Of a DNA stretch of 32,000 nt, positions 1 to 9,534 are shown one piece after another (position 1 is the stretch's first letter; every line of letters begins with the position of its first letter). Source of the stretch: an uncultured Lachnospiraceae bacterium (GTDB lineage Bacteria; Bacillota; Clostridia; Lachnospirales; Lachnospiraceae); NCBI GenBank assembly GCA_949502025.1, contig CATBCG010000073.1, positions 44,581 to 76,580 of the forward strand. Reading direction: 5' to 3'. Both the position numbers and the translations under genes were made by a program. Under the pieces are notes generated by a model, which worked only from the letters and a program-made list of their open reading frames with translations, did no database searches and had not been told where the DNA came from.

Positions 1-393
1 CGGACGGCAGAAATCCTGGCTTTGGAGGACGATCAAACAGTGACGTTGTTTGTGTATAACCATGATATCGAAGAACGTGATATCAAGGCAGAGGAGATAG
101 AGCTGACGTTATTGGGGGAGGCGAAAGCAATTACGATGGCAGTCATTGACGCTTTTCATGCCAACCCAATCGCCGTATGGAAAAAGCAGGGTTCCCCGAC
201 TTATCCAACGCCGGAGCAGATCACGGAACTTTACCGAGTCTCAGAACTGACTGTTTTGGATCTCCCGGTCGAAAAAGTGCTTTCTTTTACCGCGGAACCG
301 GAAATTAAAATTGCTAATGCGGTAATCCATTTTGACGGGAAAAGCTTGCTGTTTATATTGTATCATAGGAAAGCTTTCCAAACTTCCCTATGA
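1..393 (+). CDS. 3' end of a gene running off the left edge; the C-terminal region resembles a GH39-type beta-xylosidase/glycoside hydrolase (function tentative)
   Basis: Frame 1 is open from nt 1 (RTAEILALEDDQ...), so the track's M at 22 is internal. Stop is TGA 391-393. The motif NPIAVWKKQGSPTYPTPEQITEL recalls GH39 C-termini from memory only. The last ~10 codons lie inside the hairpin repeat at 362-416. Confidence 0.5.
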   Translation, partial: RTAEILALEDDQTVTLFVYNHDIEERDIKAEEIELTLLGEAKAITMAVIDAFHANPIAVWKKQGSPTYPTPEQITELYRVSELTVLDLPVEKVLSFTAEPEIKIANAVIHFDGKSLLFILYHRKAFQTSL

Positions 394-416
394 TACAAAA
401 AGCCTTTCAGGCAGGA
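362..416 (+). repeat. Copy A of a ~55-nt two-hairpin dispersed element (partner at 12478-12531)
   Basis: Hairpin 1 pairs 362-373 with 383-394 (ATCATAGGAAAG/CTTCCCTATGAT, one A-C mismatch). Hairpin 2 pairs 402-405 with 409-412 (GCCT/AGGC). It aligns almost end to end with 12478-12531. Confidence 0.6.
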
Positions 417-441
417 GGCACACTTGCGCAAATGGAAGATG

Positions 442-588
442 TTACTTACCAGAGACAAGGTGACAGCGGCTTGTAGAGTGACCGATGATTCCGACATTAT
501 CAAAATCAATTTTTTGATAGAAAACATTTTCTTTGTCGTTAATCATCTGATTATCATTCAACCTTTGCAAGTGAATGACGCATAATGC
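442..588 (-). pseudogene. Possible remnant of an alpha/beta-hydrolase gene, truncated on both sides
   Basis: The minus-strand open frame reads ...HLQRLNDNQMINDKENVFYQKIDFDNVGIIGHSTSRCHLVSGK*. The D-x-x-x-IGIIGHS string looks like a nucleophile-elbow (GHSxG) region, but the frame is only ~48 codons long with no RBS or full domain. Confidence 0.25.
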
Positions 589-652
589 TCATAGTCTTCA
601 TAGTTTCCCTATCTTCCTTATATCCCCTGTCAAAAAATATCATTTCCAGAAA

Positions 653-1189
653 TCACAGTAAATTTCCAAGCTGATAAGCTTTTTTCAGGGCGGTCTCACT
701 ATCCTGTGCAGTAAGAATCAGCGGTTCCATACGTTCAAAGCCCCAGCCGGAAAACGGCTTTAACAGTTCTTCGTTATGCGCGCGGTATTCCGGATTGTCC
801 GGGGCGCCCTGGGCAAACATAGCGTATAGCTTTTTCCCTGGGGCAATCCGGCATTCGGAACGATCGGACACACTTTTATGTAAGCAGAAATGGCGGTTCA
901 TAAACGTCCAGGCTTCTCCTTGTGGGTAGCCCATATAGATGCCTGCTCCCAATACCACGACATCTGCTTCCGGAAGAAGCTCAAAATAACGGGTCAGAAC
1001 ATCCTTTTGAACACAGAATGAGTCTGTTTTTTTGCAGGCATGGCAGCCCGTACAGCCAAGAAGGTTCCGACTGATTTGGATACATTCTGTCGTATGCCCT
1101 ATATCTGACGCTCCACGCAGGAATTCCTTTACGGCTGCCTGGGAAATACTTTTTGGCAGACAACTGCAGGTAATACCAATGACTTTCAT
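653..1189 (-). CDS. Flavodoxin-like fold protein (NADPH-dependent FMN reductase / iron-sulfur flavoprotein family)
   Basis: 178-aa ORF starting at ATG 1189, with a GGAGAA RBS (plus-strand TTCTCC) just upstream. N-terminus is MKVIGITCS. It has a Cys cluster CTGCHACKKTDSFC and the VVVLGAGIYMG motif typical of Isf/flavodoxin-like reductases. Confidence 0.7.
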   Translation of the reverse strand: MKVIGITCSCLPKSISQAAVKEFLRGASDIGHTTECIQISRNLLGCTGCHACKKTDSFCVQKDVLTRYFELLPEADVVVLGAGIYMGYPQGEAWTFMNRHFCLHKSVSDRSECRIAPGKKLYAMFAQGAPDNPEYRAHNEELLKPFSGWGFERMEPLILTAQDSETALKKAYQLGNLL

Positions 1190-1347
1190 AGTAAATTCTC
1201 CTTTTTTAGTAAGTTTCTTCTATAATATAATATCATAAAAAGCGTCCCTTTGAAAAGGAAATTTTAGATGAAAATAATTTAAGAAAGTTCTCCAGAGGAA
1301 GAAAGCGGTTCTGTATAAAAAGTCTGCTTTTGGCACACCCTACTACC

Positions 1348-1770
1348 ATGAATACGAAGAATACCAAAAAATTTATAAAAGATTTTATACTCTGTGGATT
1401 GATTGGCTGGTGCAACGAATGTTTTTGGACGGGGCTTTCTTCTATCAAAGAGCATAAGGACAAACGACTGCCCTGTCAAACTTCTGTCTGGATGTTTCCG
1501 ATCTATGGGATGGCTGCCGTGCTGGCTCCGCTTTCCAGACTGTTAGGCGGCGCCAACGCGCTGATCCGGGGCGGCGTGTATACGCTCTGCATTTTTACGA
1601 TGGAATTTTTATCAGGAAGCTTTTTAAAAAAGCTGCATGTCTGTCCCTGGGACTACAGCAAAGCAAAACTGAATATCCGTGGTGTGATCCGTTTGGATTA
1701 CGCCCCCGCCTGGTTTGCGTTGGGATTGATTTATGAAAAGGTGCTGGGTGGAAGAAAGGCAGGAATATAA
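1348..1770 (+). CDS. Small polytopic membrane protein, PF06541 ('putative ABC-transporter type IV'/DUF1113)-like
   Basis: ORF 1330-1770; I prefer ATG 1348 (MNTKNTKKF). It has hydrophobic segments and the conserved-looking C-terminal motif CPWDYS...NIRGVIRLDY. Confidence 0.65.
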   Translation: MNTKNTKKFIKDFILCGLIGWCNECFWTGLSSIKEHKDKRLPCQTSVWMFPIYGMAAVLAPLSRLLGGANALIRGGVYTLCIFTMEFLSGSFLKKLHVCPWDYSKAKLNIRGVIRLDYAPAWFALGLIYEKVLGGRKAGI

Positions 1771-1787
1771 AAGAATTCCTGCTTTTT
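1759..1787 (+). terminator. Intrinsic terminator overlapping the stop codon of the upstream gene
   Basis: GCAGGAAT (1759-1766) pairs with ATTCCTGC (1775-1782), followed by TTTTT (1783-1787). Confidence 0.6.
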
Positions 1788-1807
1788 CTTTGCTGAAAAT
1801 CTGGTGG

Positions 1808-1837
1808 TTGTCAGACTTTGGTATCTTGTGGTATAAT
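1808..1837 (+). promoter_or_regulatory. Sigma-A-type promoter for the J-like/TPR-Hsp70 operon
   Basis: -35 TTGTCA (1808-1813), an 18-nt spacer, and TGG-TATAAT with the -10 at 1832-1837. It lies ~60 nt upstream of ATG 1896. Confidence 0.5.
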
Positions 1838-1895
1838 GTTAAAATCAGAGAGCTTGATTAAACATTGTGTAGAACATAGAAAGGAAGCAAGCGGT

Positions 1896-4800
1896 ATGGA
1901 AAAAAAGCAGATATTTCATATTCTTGAGATAGAAGAAACCAAGGACGAAGACAGCATTCGGGCGGCGTATCGGGTGCTGTTAAAAAAGACGAATCCGGAG
2001 GACGATCCGGAAGGATTTAAGCGGCTGCGCCAGGCGTATGAAGAAGCGCTCCGTTTTGCGGCACAGTCCGATGAAAAAGAGGGAGAAGAGGACGCGGGGG
2101 AAAAGGATGAGGTCGATCTGTGGATCGATCGTGTTGAAGAGCATTACCGCAATGTATATGCCAGGGGCGATATCAAAAGCTGGCAGGAACTGCTTTCTGA
2201 TCCGGTGTGCGAGGAATTGGATACTTCGATGGAAGCACGGGAAAAGATGCTGGTGTTTTTGATGGATCATGTGCAGATTCCGCATGAGGTCTGGAAGCTG
2301 TTAGACGAGGTGTTTGAGATTCGGGAGAACCGGGAGGCATTGATTCAGCAGTATCCGATCAATTTTATCGACTATGTGATCTATTATATAGAAAACGAAA
2401 CATTTATCCCTTATGATTTGTTTGAAAAGCGGGATTCTGTGGAGAAGAGATCCGATGAAGAAAAGCCGGAGGAGGAAGAGGATGACGGCGATGCCTATAT
2501 CAACGGCTACTTAAACGTCAAGCGGAAAATTGATGCCGGAGAGGCTGAGGGTGGCTCTGGCTCCGAGTGTATGCAGGAGCTAAACGATTTGGCAGCTTAT
2601 GAGGTGTACCATCCGTTTGAGGATGTAGAGCGGGTACGTCTCTATCTGGTGGCAGCAAAGGCGGGTCTGCCGGAATCCGAGAGTATGGCGCAGGTCGCAG
2701 TCCGTTTGGCAGAGGACTTGATGGAGCGCTATCCGGGTCAGTCTTATATCGAACTGTATGCCGGGGAGGCAAACTGGGAAGCAGGAGAAAAGGAAAAGGC
2801 AAAGGAAATTTGGCAGTCTATTTTAGAGCGTTATCCGGAGCATTACCAGGCAAAGTATGATATGGTGCGTTATGAAATGGGAGAAAAGCAGTACTATGAA
2901 GCCAGGGAACGGATGATGGAACTGCTGGAGATAGACGGTCAGAATGAAGAACTGATGGGCTTTTTACAGGAAGCGAACGAAGGATTGATTCCGGAATTCC
3001 GGGAAAAGCTGGCGCGCGGAGAGGAGGATCCGCATTTTCCGGGAGAGGAACTGAAATTGGAGCTGGGCTGGTGTCTGTTCCAGAACGAACGGGCAGAGGA
3101 AGCAGTGGAGATGCTGGCGGACGACGTGCCGTTAGAGGAGCAAAGCTATGGCTACTGCAATTTGTATGGGCGTCTATTGTATCAGCTTGACCGTTATGAG
3201 GAGGCAAGACCGTTTTTGGAGCGGTGGCTGGAGATGATTAGAGAGCTGGTGGATGACGGAACCGCTGAGACAAAGCGGCGGATTTCCAGACATGTCAACG
3301 CCTGCCATATTTTGAGCGATTGCTATTTTGAACTGGGGCGTCAGGAGGATGCCGAGCGGATCATTGAAGAAGGGATTGAATTTGCGCCGGGGCTACGGGA
3401 AAAGTTTGGCTGTTTACAGTATTATGCCAATATTTTATTGAAAACCAAACAGTATGAAAAAGCTGTGGATCTCTGTGACCGGATTATCAAGGAGGATGCG
3501 CAGTATTATCCGGCGTATTTAATCCGGCAGGAATGTTGCTATGAGCTGCACAAGGCGCAGGAGGTCATTGACGACTATCATCGTGCGATTGATATTTTTG
3601 CAGGCTATCATCGTCCGTATATGTTCGCGGCTGAGGTCTTTTTCCATTACAGCCAATACGAGGATGCGATGCGGGTATATAAGCAGGCGAGGGAAAACCA
3701 GGTGGAGTTTTCTCCGCGGATGAAGCTCTATGAGGTAAAAGTGCTGCGTAACCTGGCAGAGAACAAAGAGGATCGGGACAAGGCAAGAGCGATTTTAGAG
3801 GAATTAGAGGAAGCGCGCAAGCAGGAAGAATGTGATTTAGAGGATCGATCGGAAGTCGATTTTGAAAAGGGTCTGTTAGCCTGGGACGACGGAGATCTGG
3901 AAGAAGCATTGGAATACTTAAAAAAGGCGATTAAGGGAAATCCAAATCGGATGCAGTACCGGATGGTGCGCGGAAATATTTTTGCCGATCACAAGGAATA
4001 CCGTCGGGCGTTAGGAGAATACGATATTGCCGGAGAGGATTATAAAAACAGTCCGGGGCTTTACTATGGACGCGCGCTTTGTTATGAGAAGCTGAATAAT
4101 CCGGTTTTAATGGTGGAAAATTATGAAAAGACGTTGGAAATGGAAGAAACCTATGGGGATGCCTGTGAAAATCTGGCAGATTATTACCAGCGGCTGTATC
4201 AAAAGGAATATCGTCCGGAGGATTTTGAAAAGGCGATTGGTTATGCGAGCAGGCAGTTAAAGGCACGGGAAAACTGCTATTATCTCGTTCACCGCGGATT
4301 GATTTATATGAATGCGATGGAGTTGGATCAGGCGATGGCGGATTTCCATAAGGCTCTGGAATATGTGGACGACGATTGGGCAGCGTGGAACAATTTAGGA
4401 TGCTGCTACAAATACAGAGGGGAATTTGAAAAGGCGATCGAGCATTTCCAAAAGTCGGTGGATTGTATGGACGGGGCGGAAAGCGTGCTGCCGTACAGTA
4501 ATATGGCGGATTGCTACGAAGCGATGGGCGATTACCGCAAGGCGATCGAATGCTATGAGAAAGATTTGGAGATGTTTCCGAATTATCAGTCCTTTTGGGA
4601 GGAAATCGGGGATCTGTACTATTATCTGGGCGAATATGAAGAAGCCCTGACTGCGTATGAAAAAATGCGGAAAGGACCAGGGTATGACAAGGCGGTCGGC
4701 GACGTCTTTTTAAAGCAGGGAAAGAAGCGTAAGGCAATCAACGCCTACAAGGCATGGGGACATCAGAGCGGAAAGGAAAGTAACGAAGATCGGGCGGAGC

Positions 4801-5315
4801 GTTATAAAAATCTGGGGGCGCTGTATCTGGAAGAATTAAGCGATTACAACAAAGCTATGACCTGCTTTAAAAAAGCGCTTGACTTGAATTCGGATCCGTA
4901 TGAGCAGTTTGAGTATTACCGTTATCTGGCTAGATGCTGTCATATGTTAAAAAAGTTCAATCAAGCGAAGGAATATGCCAAAGCTTCCCTGGAGAGCTTT
5001 AAAAAGTCGGGCAGTGGAAAGCTAGAGGACTATCTGGCATATAAGCCATATGCTCCGGCGCGTCTGGCTTCGCTTGGCTGGCTGCTGCTTTGTCAAGGGA
5101 AAAAAGAGGAAGCCAGGGAGAATTTTCAGAAGATGGAACAGATCCAGCGCTGCCGCGGCTGCCGCTACCGGGAATGTTTTGAAAGCAGGCTTTATCTGGG
5201 GTATTATTATGAAGCGGTAGGGGACTTAAAGGAAGCAAAGGCACAGTATCAGGAGGCGTTAAAACGAAACCCGCATTGCGACGAGGCAAGAGAAGCGTTA
5301 AATAGACTGGGATAA
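1896..5315 (+). CDS. Large J-domain-like (HPD replaced by NPE) / multi-TPR repeat protein, 1139 aa
   Basis: AAGGAAG RBS at 1881-1887, then ATG 1896 (M27 of track ORF 1818-5315). The N-terminus [48 protein letters not shown] follows the J-domain helix I-III pattern. An acidic linker follows, then many 34-residue TPR-like units (e.g. [55 protein letters not shown]). [10 protein letters not shown] motif sits near the C-terminus. Confidence 0.85.
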   Translation: MEKKQIFHILEIEETKDEDSIRAAYRVLLKKTNPEDDPEGFKRLRQAYEEALRFAAQSDEKEGEEDAGEKDEVDLWIDRVEEHYRNVYARGDIKSWQELLSDPVCEELDTSMEAREKMLVFLMDHVQIPHEVWKLLDEVFEIRENREALIQQYPINFIDYVIYYIENETFIPYDLFEKRDSVEKRSDEEKPEEEEDDGDAYINGYLNVKRKIDAGEAEGGSGSECMQELNDLAAYEVYHPFEDVERVRLYLVAAKAGLPESESMAQVAVRLAEDLMERYPGQSYIELYAGEANWEAGEKEKAKEIWQSILERYPEHYQAKYDMVRYEMGEKQYYEARERMMELLEIDGQNEELMGFLQEANEGLIPEFREKLARGEEDPHFPGEELKLELGWCLFQNERAEEAVEMLADDVPLEEQSYGYCNLYGRLLYQLDRYEEARPFLERWLEMIRELVDDGTAETKRRISRHVNACHILSDCYFELGRQEDAERIIEEGIEFAPGLREKFGCLQYYANILLKTKQYEKAVDLCDRIIKEDAQYYPAYLIRQECCYELHKAQEVIDDYHRAIDIFAGYHRPYMFAAEVFFHYSQYEDAMRVYKQARENQVEFSPRMKLYEVKVLRNLAENKEDRDKARAILEELEEARKQEECDLEDRSEVDFEKGLLAWDDGDLEEALEYLKKAIKGNPNRMQYRMVRGNIFADHKEYRRALGEYDIAGEDYKNSPGLYYGRALCYEKLNNPVLMVENYEKTLEMEETYGDACENLADYYQRLYQKEYRPEDFEKAIGYASRQLKARENCYYLVHRGLIYMNAMELDQAMADFHKALEYVDDDWAAWNNLGCCYKYRGEFEKAIEHFQKSVDCMDGAESVLPYSNMADCYEAMGDYRKAIECYEKDLEMFPNYQSFWEEIGDLYYYLGEYEEALTAYEKMRKGPGYDKAVGDVFLKQGKKRKAINAYKAWGHQSGKESNEDRAERYKNLGALYLEELSDYNKAMTCFKKALDLNSDPYEQFEYYRYLARCCHMLKKFNQAKEYAKASLESFKKSGSGKLEDYLAYKPYAPARLASLGWLLLCQGKKEEARENFQKMEQIQRCRGCRYRECFESRLYLGYYYEAVGDLKEAKAQYQEALKRNPHCDEAREALNRLG

Positions 5316-5351
5316 TGGCTATGAGTAAAAAGGATAGGAGAACAGAGTGTT

Positions 5352-7043
5352 ATGATAATAGGAATTGACCTGGGGACCACCAACAGTCTGGTAGCATATT
5401 TTACAGAGGATGGTCCGCAGATTATACCAAACCGTCTGGGGAAGAGGCTGACCCCGTCGGTAGTTAGTATGGACGAAGAGGAACAGATTTATGTGGGGGA
5501 TTCGGCAGTAGAGCGCGGATTACTGTATCCTGGGAGCGCTGCCAGCGTTTTTAAACGGGATATGGGAAGCCAGAAGAAGTTTTCCCTGCTGCACAAGACA
5601 TTTACGGCAGAGGAGCTTTCTTCCTTTGTGCTGCGGGCTTTAAAAGAGGACGCCGAGCATTACTTGGGAGAAGAGGTGACGGAAGCGGTCATCAGTGTTC
5701 CGGCTTATTTTAACGATGCCAGAAGGCGTGCCACGAAAAAAGCAGGAGAACTGGCAGGCTTAAAGGTAGAGCGGATCATCAGTGAGCCGACGGCGGCTGC
5801 GATTGCCTATGGATTGTACCAGAACCAGGAACACGCCAGATTTTTGGTCTTTGACCTGGGCGGTGGGACGTTTGACGTTTCGATTTTGGAACTGTATGAT
5901 TCGATTATGGAAGTACGTGCCGTTGCCGGGGACAATTTTTTAGGCGGCGAGGATTTTACGGCTGTATTGGAAAACATGTTTTTTGAAAAGTTTTCGCAGC
6001 TTGACCGTTTGACGTTAAACGAAAAAACACTGCGTCATATCCATAAGCAAGCCGAAGCCTGCAAGCTGGGCTTTTCCGAGGGGCGTGATTCGGCGATGCG
6101 CTGCAAGGTAGGAGAGGACTTGCTGACGATGGAGCTGGAATTGCCCAAATACGAAGAGGCTTGTGAGGAGCTGTTGGATAAAATCCGCCAGCCAGTCAAG
6201 AGAAGCTTGGCGGATGCCCATATTCGTCTGACGGATATCGACAAGGTGGTGCTGGTCGGCGGAGCGACAAAGAGCCCTGTTATACGCCGTTTTGTCAGCA
6301 AGCTCTTTAAGCGGCTTCCGGATACGAATATCAATCCGGACGAGGCGGTGGCACTGGGAGCAGCAATCCAGGGGGCGATGAAGGAGCGCAAGGATGCGAT
6401 CAAAGAAGTCATTTTGACGGACGTTTGCCCGTTTACCCTTGGTACAGAGGTAGTCAGAGAGTGGGAGCGGGGGAAATTTGAGGACGGGATGTTCTGCCCG
6501 ATTATCGACCGCAACACGATCATTCCGGCGAGCCGTACCGAACGGCTCTATACGGTACGGGACAATCAGAAGCAGATTCGTGTCAACGTCCTGCAGGGAG
6601 AAAGCCGTTTTGCTGCCAACAACCTGTCTCTTGGGGAGATTTTGATTGAAATTCCAGCCAGCCGAGCCGGAGAAGAAGCAGTGGATGTGACTTATACCTA
6701 TGATATCAATTCGATCCTGGAAGTCGAAGTGAAGGTCGTTTCTACCGGAAAGGTGACAAAGCAGGTATTCCGCGGACGGGACGTCGATATGACGGAAGAG
6801 GAGATAAAAGAGCGCTTTGAAACCTTGTCTTATTTAAAAATCCATCCGCGCGACCGGGAGGAAAATAAATACTTGCTGCTGCGTGGAGAGCGAATCTATG
6901 AGGAAAGTATGGGAGAAAAGCGTCTGATGGTAGAAGCGGCTCTGCACGAATATGAAAAGGCTTTAAACAGTTACGATTCCGCACGTATCGAAGAAGCCAA
7001 AGAGGAATTTAAGGCATTTCTGGAGGAACTGGAAGAGTTTTAG
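5352..7043 (+). CDS. Hsp70-family ATPase, short-lid HscC-like paralogue (563 aa)
   Basis: Motifs IGIDLGTTNS, DLGGGTFDVS, VLVGGATKSP and NPDEAVALGAAIQG are present. A beta-sandwich substrate domain is present (LTDVCPFTLG) with a shortened helical C-terminus. It starts 36 nt after the TPR gene, which implies one operon. Confidence 0.9.
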   Translation: MIIGIDLGTTNSLVAYFTEDGPQIIPNRLGKRLTPSVVSMDEEEQIYVGDSAVERGLLYPGSAASVFKRDMGSQKKFSLLHKTFTAEELSSFVLRALKEDAEHYLGEEVTEAVISVPAYFNDARRRATKKAGELAGLKVERIISEPTAAAIAYGLYQNQEHARFLVFDLGGGTFDVSILELYDSIMEVRAVAGDNFLGGEDFTAVLENMFFEKFSQLDRLTLNEKTLRHIHKQAEACKLGFSEGRDSAMRCKVGEDLLTMELELPKYEEACEELLDKIRQPVKRSLADAHIRLTDIDKVVLVGGATKSPVIRRFVSKLFKRLPDTNINPDEAVALGAAIQGAMKERKDAIKEVILTDVCPFTLGTEVVREWERGKFEDGMFCPIIDRNTIIPASRTERLYTVRDNQKQIRVNVLQGESRFAANNLSLGEILIEIPASRAGEEAVDVTYTYDINSILEVEVKVVSTGKVTKQVFRGRDVDMTEEEIKERFETLSYLKIHPRDREENKYLLLRGERIYEESMGEKRLMVEAALHEYEKALNSYDSARIEEAKEEFKAFLEELEEF

Positions 7044-7101
7044 GGGAGCGCCGGAAAATCCAGTTGTTTTGTACGGAAAGAATAGAATAAAGGAGAAGGA
7101 C

Positions 7102-8112
7102 GTGGAAGGAAAAAAAGAGAGGGACGCGTTGTTTGACAATGCAAGGGCAGTGTTGATTTTTCTGGTGATTATGGGGCATCTGCTGTCCGATCATCTGTCC
7201 GGAGCCAGTAAAATGGCTGGACCGAGGCTGCTAAAGGAAATCTACTTTGCGATCAATATGTTTCATATGCCTGCCTTTGTCTTTATAACAGGATATTTTT
7301 CTAAAAATACCGAAAAGGGCAGAGAAGGAGCAGTAAAAAATTTTCTGATACCTTATTTGGTTTGTAACACGCTATTTGCCTTGATAAGCTATTTGTGTTT
7401 AGGAAAGATTTTGAAATTTACCGATGGCTATAAAGTATTTTCCCCGCAGTTTGGAATGTGGTTTTTCCTGGCTTGTTTTATCTGGAAGCTGCTGGCAAAG
7501 GACATTGACAGGCTTCGGGGCGGTGTGCCGCTTTGTCTGGCGCTGGGTCTGCTGCTGCCGGTTTTACCGGGATTTGACACAACGTTTACGATTGGACGTG
7601 TCGTCGGGTTTTTAGTATTTTTTGTCGCAGGGCTCAAATGCCGTCCGGAATGGATTGAGAAGCTGCGGATGATTCCCGCCTGGATTGGCGGGGTGGTGCT
7701 GGCGTTAGGAGCGGTGATTTCCGGGTGGCTTGCTCAGGACGGGTGGATGAAGCAGGAGACGCTTTATGTAAGGAAATCTTACGTAGACGAAAAGAAATTG
7801 GACTATTTGCTGATGCGTGTAGTATTTTATCTGCTTGCTTCCGTAATGACGCTTGCCTTTTTGGTGCTGATGACAAGGAAGCGGTGTTTCCTGACAGAAA
7901 TCGGGCAAAATACGCTGACCGTTTATGTACTGCATTTATTTCTCATCGATCGATTCCGCGATCTGGAGCTATTTATGGATCAGCATTATCTTTATCTGAT
8001 ACTTTCGATTCCGCTGGCGGCTGCCTTGACGTGGCTGCTGTCGCGAGGCTGTGTCCGACGATGTTACGATAAAGTGATGGGGATCGTTTATGGGATATGT
8101 TTTAGGGAGTAA
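7102..8112 (+). CDS. Acyltransferase family 3 (O-acyltransferase-like) integral membrane protein
   Basis: AGGAG at 7091-7095 is followed 6 nt later by GTG 7102, which I prefer to the track's TTG 7069. The N-terminal motif is FDNARAVLIFLVIMGHL, and there are ~9-10 hydrophobic helices. Confidence 0.75.
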   Translation: MEGKKERDALFDNARAVLIFLVIMGHLLSDHLSGASKMAGPRLLKEIYFAINMFHMPAFVFITGYFSKNTEKGREGAVKNFLIPYLVCNTLFALISYLCLGKILKFTDGYKVFSPQFGMWFFLACFIWKLLAKDIDRLRGGVPLCLALGLLLPVLPGFDTTFTIGRVVGFLVFFVAGLKCRPEWIEKLRMIPAWIGGVVLALGAVISGWLAQDGWMKQETLYVRKSYVDEKKLDYLLMRVVFYLLASVMTLAFLVLMTRKRCFLTEIGQNTLTVYVLHLFLIDRFRDLELFMDQHYLYLILSIPLAAALTWLLSRGCVRRCYDKVMGIVYGICFRE

Positions 8113-8118
8113 ACAATC

Positions 8119-9408
8119 ATGAAACGAGCAGTTGTTTTTTTAAAAAAGGGAGAAGGGCGTACGGTGCGTTCCGGCGGCGCCTGGATTTACGACAACGAGA
8201 TTGCTTTGGTAGAGGGCGATATAGAGCCGGGTGATCTGGTGGATGTATTTGGCAGCAGCGACAATCCACAGAGAAGTTCTTATTTTTTAGGAACCGGCTT
8301 TTACAATGCCACCTCCAAGATTACGATCCGTCTTTTGAGCCGTGAGCGGGTGCAGGAGGCAGACGGAAGTATTCATGGAGTGGAGATTGACCGCGCCTTT
8401 TTAAAAAAGCGGGTAGAAGCTGCCTGGCAGTACCGAAAGGAAACGATGGGAGCAGAGGATACGCTTGGCAGTCAGGCAGAGGATGGTATGACTTTGATAC
8501 CGGGAAGCTGCCGGGTGATATTTGGCGAGGCGGATTTTCTGCCGGGACTGGTGGTGGACAAGTTTTCGGATGTGTTGGTAGTGCAGTCCTTGGCGCTTGG
8601 AATCGATCGGCTGAAAGAGACGATTTTGGATTGCCTGAAAGAAGTATTGGCTGCCGACGGGATTTTGATCCGCGGGGTCTATGAACGGAGCGATGCAAAG
8701 GTACGGGAGCAGGAAGGCATGACGCGTTTAAAGGGCTTTCTGGGAGCAGAATTTGATACCAATATAGAAATCATAGAAAACGGCATCCGCTATCAGGTAG
8801 ATGTTCAGGATGGACAGAAGACCGGATTTTTTCTTGACCAGAAATACAACCGCAAAGCGATCTGGAAAGTCTGCGCCGGAGGGAGAGTGCTAGACTGCTT
8901 TACCCATACCGGTTCCTTTGCGCTCAATGCAGCAATGGCAGGAGCCAGGGAGGTGCTGGCGGTAGACGCTTCTGAACTGGCGGTAGAACAGGGACGGAAA
9001 AATGCGCTTTTAAACGGGCTTTCTGACCGCGTTTCTTTTCAGTGCGCCGATGTGTTTGAACTGCTGCCGGAATTGGAGCGGCGGGGGGAGAAATTTGACG
9101 TGGTAATCCTCGATCCTCCTGCCTTTACGAAATCCAGAGCTTCGGTAAAAAAGGCGATCCGAGGCTATAAAGAAATCAATCTGCGTGGGCTGCGGCTGGT
9201 AAAGGACGGCGGTTATCTGGCAACCTGTTCCTGCTCGCATTTTCTGACGCCGGAGCTATTTGCCGATACGATCGCCAAAGCGGCAAAGGACGCCCATAAA
9301 CGGCTGCGGCAGGTAGAGTTTCGCACGCAGGCGCCGGATCATCCGATTTTATGGTCGGCAGAGGAATCGTATTATTTAAAGTTTTATCTGTTTCAGGTAT
9401 TGGGATAA
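8119..9408 (+). CDS. rlmI: 23S rRNA m5C methyltransferase, RlmI family (PUA + class I SAM MTase)
   Basis: 429 aa. The N-terminal PUA-like region is GEGRTVRSGGAWIYDNEI. The motif QKTGFFLDQK, the SAM motif VLDCFTHTGSFAL, and DPPAF...Y..IN all match the RlmI/RlmK pattern. Confidence 0.8.
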   Translation: MKRAVVFLKKGEGRTVRSGGAWIYDNEIALVEGDIEPGDLVDVFGSSDNPQRSSYFLGTGFYNATSKITIRLLSRERVQEADGSIHGVEIDRAFLKKRVEAAWQYRKETMGAEDTLGSQAEDGMTLIPGSCRVIFGEADFLPGLVVDKFSDVLVVQSLALGIDRLKETILDCLKEVLAADGILIRGVYERSDAKVREQEGMTRLKGFLGAEFDTNIEIIENGIRYQVDVQDGQKTGFFLDQKYNRKAIWKVCAGGRVLDCFTHTGSFALNAAMAGAREVLAVDASELAVEQGRKNALLNGLSDRVSFQCADVFELLPELERRGEKFDVVILDPPAFTKSRASVKKAIRGYKEINLRGLRLVKDGGYLATCSCSHFLTPELFADTIAKAAKDAHKRLRQVEFRTQAPDHPILWSAEESYYLKFYLFQVLG

Positions 9409-9534
9409 GGACAAAAACAGTTCGATGAAAACATGAGGTAGAAGCCTGACATTCCGTATGCTATAGTAGGCTATAGTAGAAAAAACAGCAATGTTTTAGT
9501 GCTAAAAAAATGATACAAAAAGGAGAGGATACGG

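Noticed and set aside
2518-4737. Long minus-strand ORFs inside the TPR gene (2518-2802, 2818-3207, 3565-3909, 3931-4737; up to 268 aa)
   Set aside because: Their translations are Pro/Ser/Arg-rich low-complexity strings with no RBS. They are the mirror image of the GAA/GAG/AAG-rich sense codons. The plus-strand frame has clear J-like and TPR periodicity.
6035-6523. A 162-aa minus-strand ORF within the Hsp70 gene
   Set aside because: It is antisense to a frame containing unmistakable Hsp70 motifs. I saw no start context and no recognisable domain.
9463-9482. Direct repeat GCTATAGTAG GCTATAGTAG upstream of the methyltransferase
   Set aside because: It is only two 10-nt units and occurs once. 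It has no associated spacer/repeat architecture (so it is not CRISPR) and no flanking inverted repeats.
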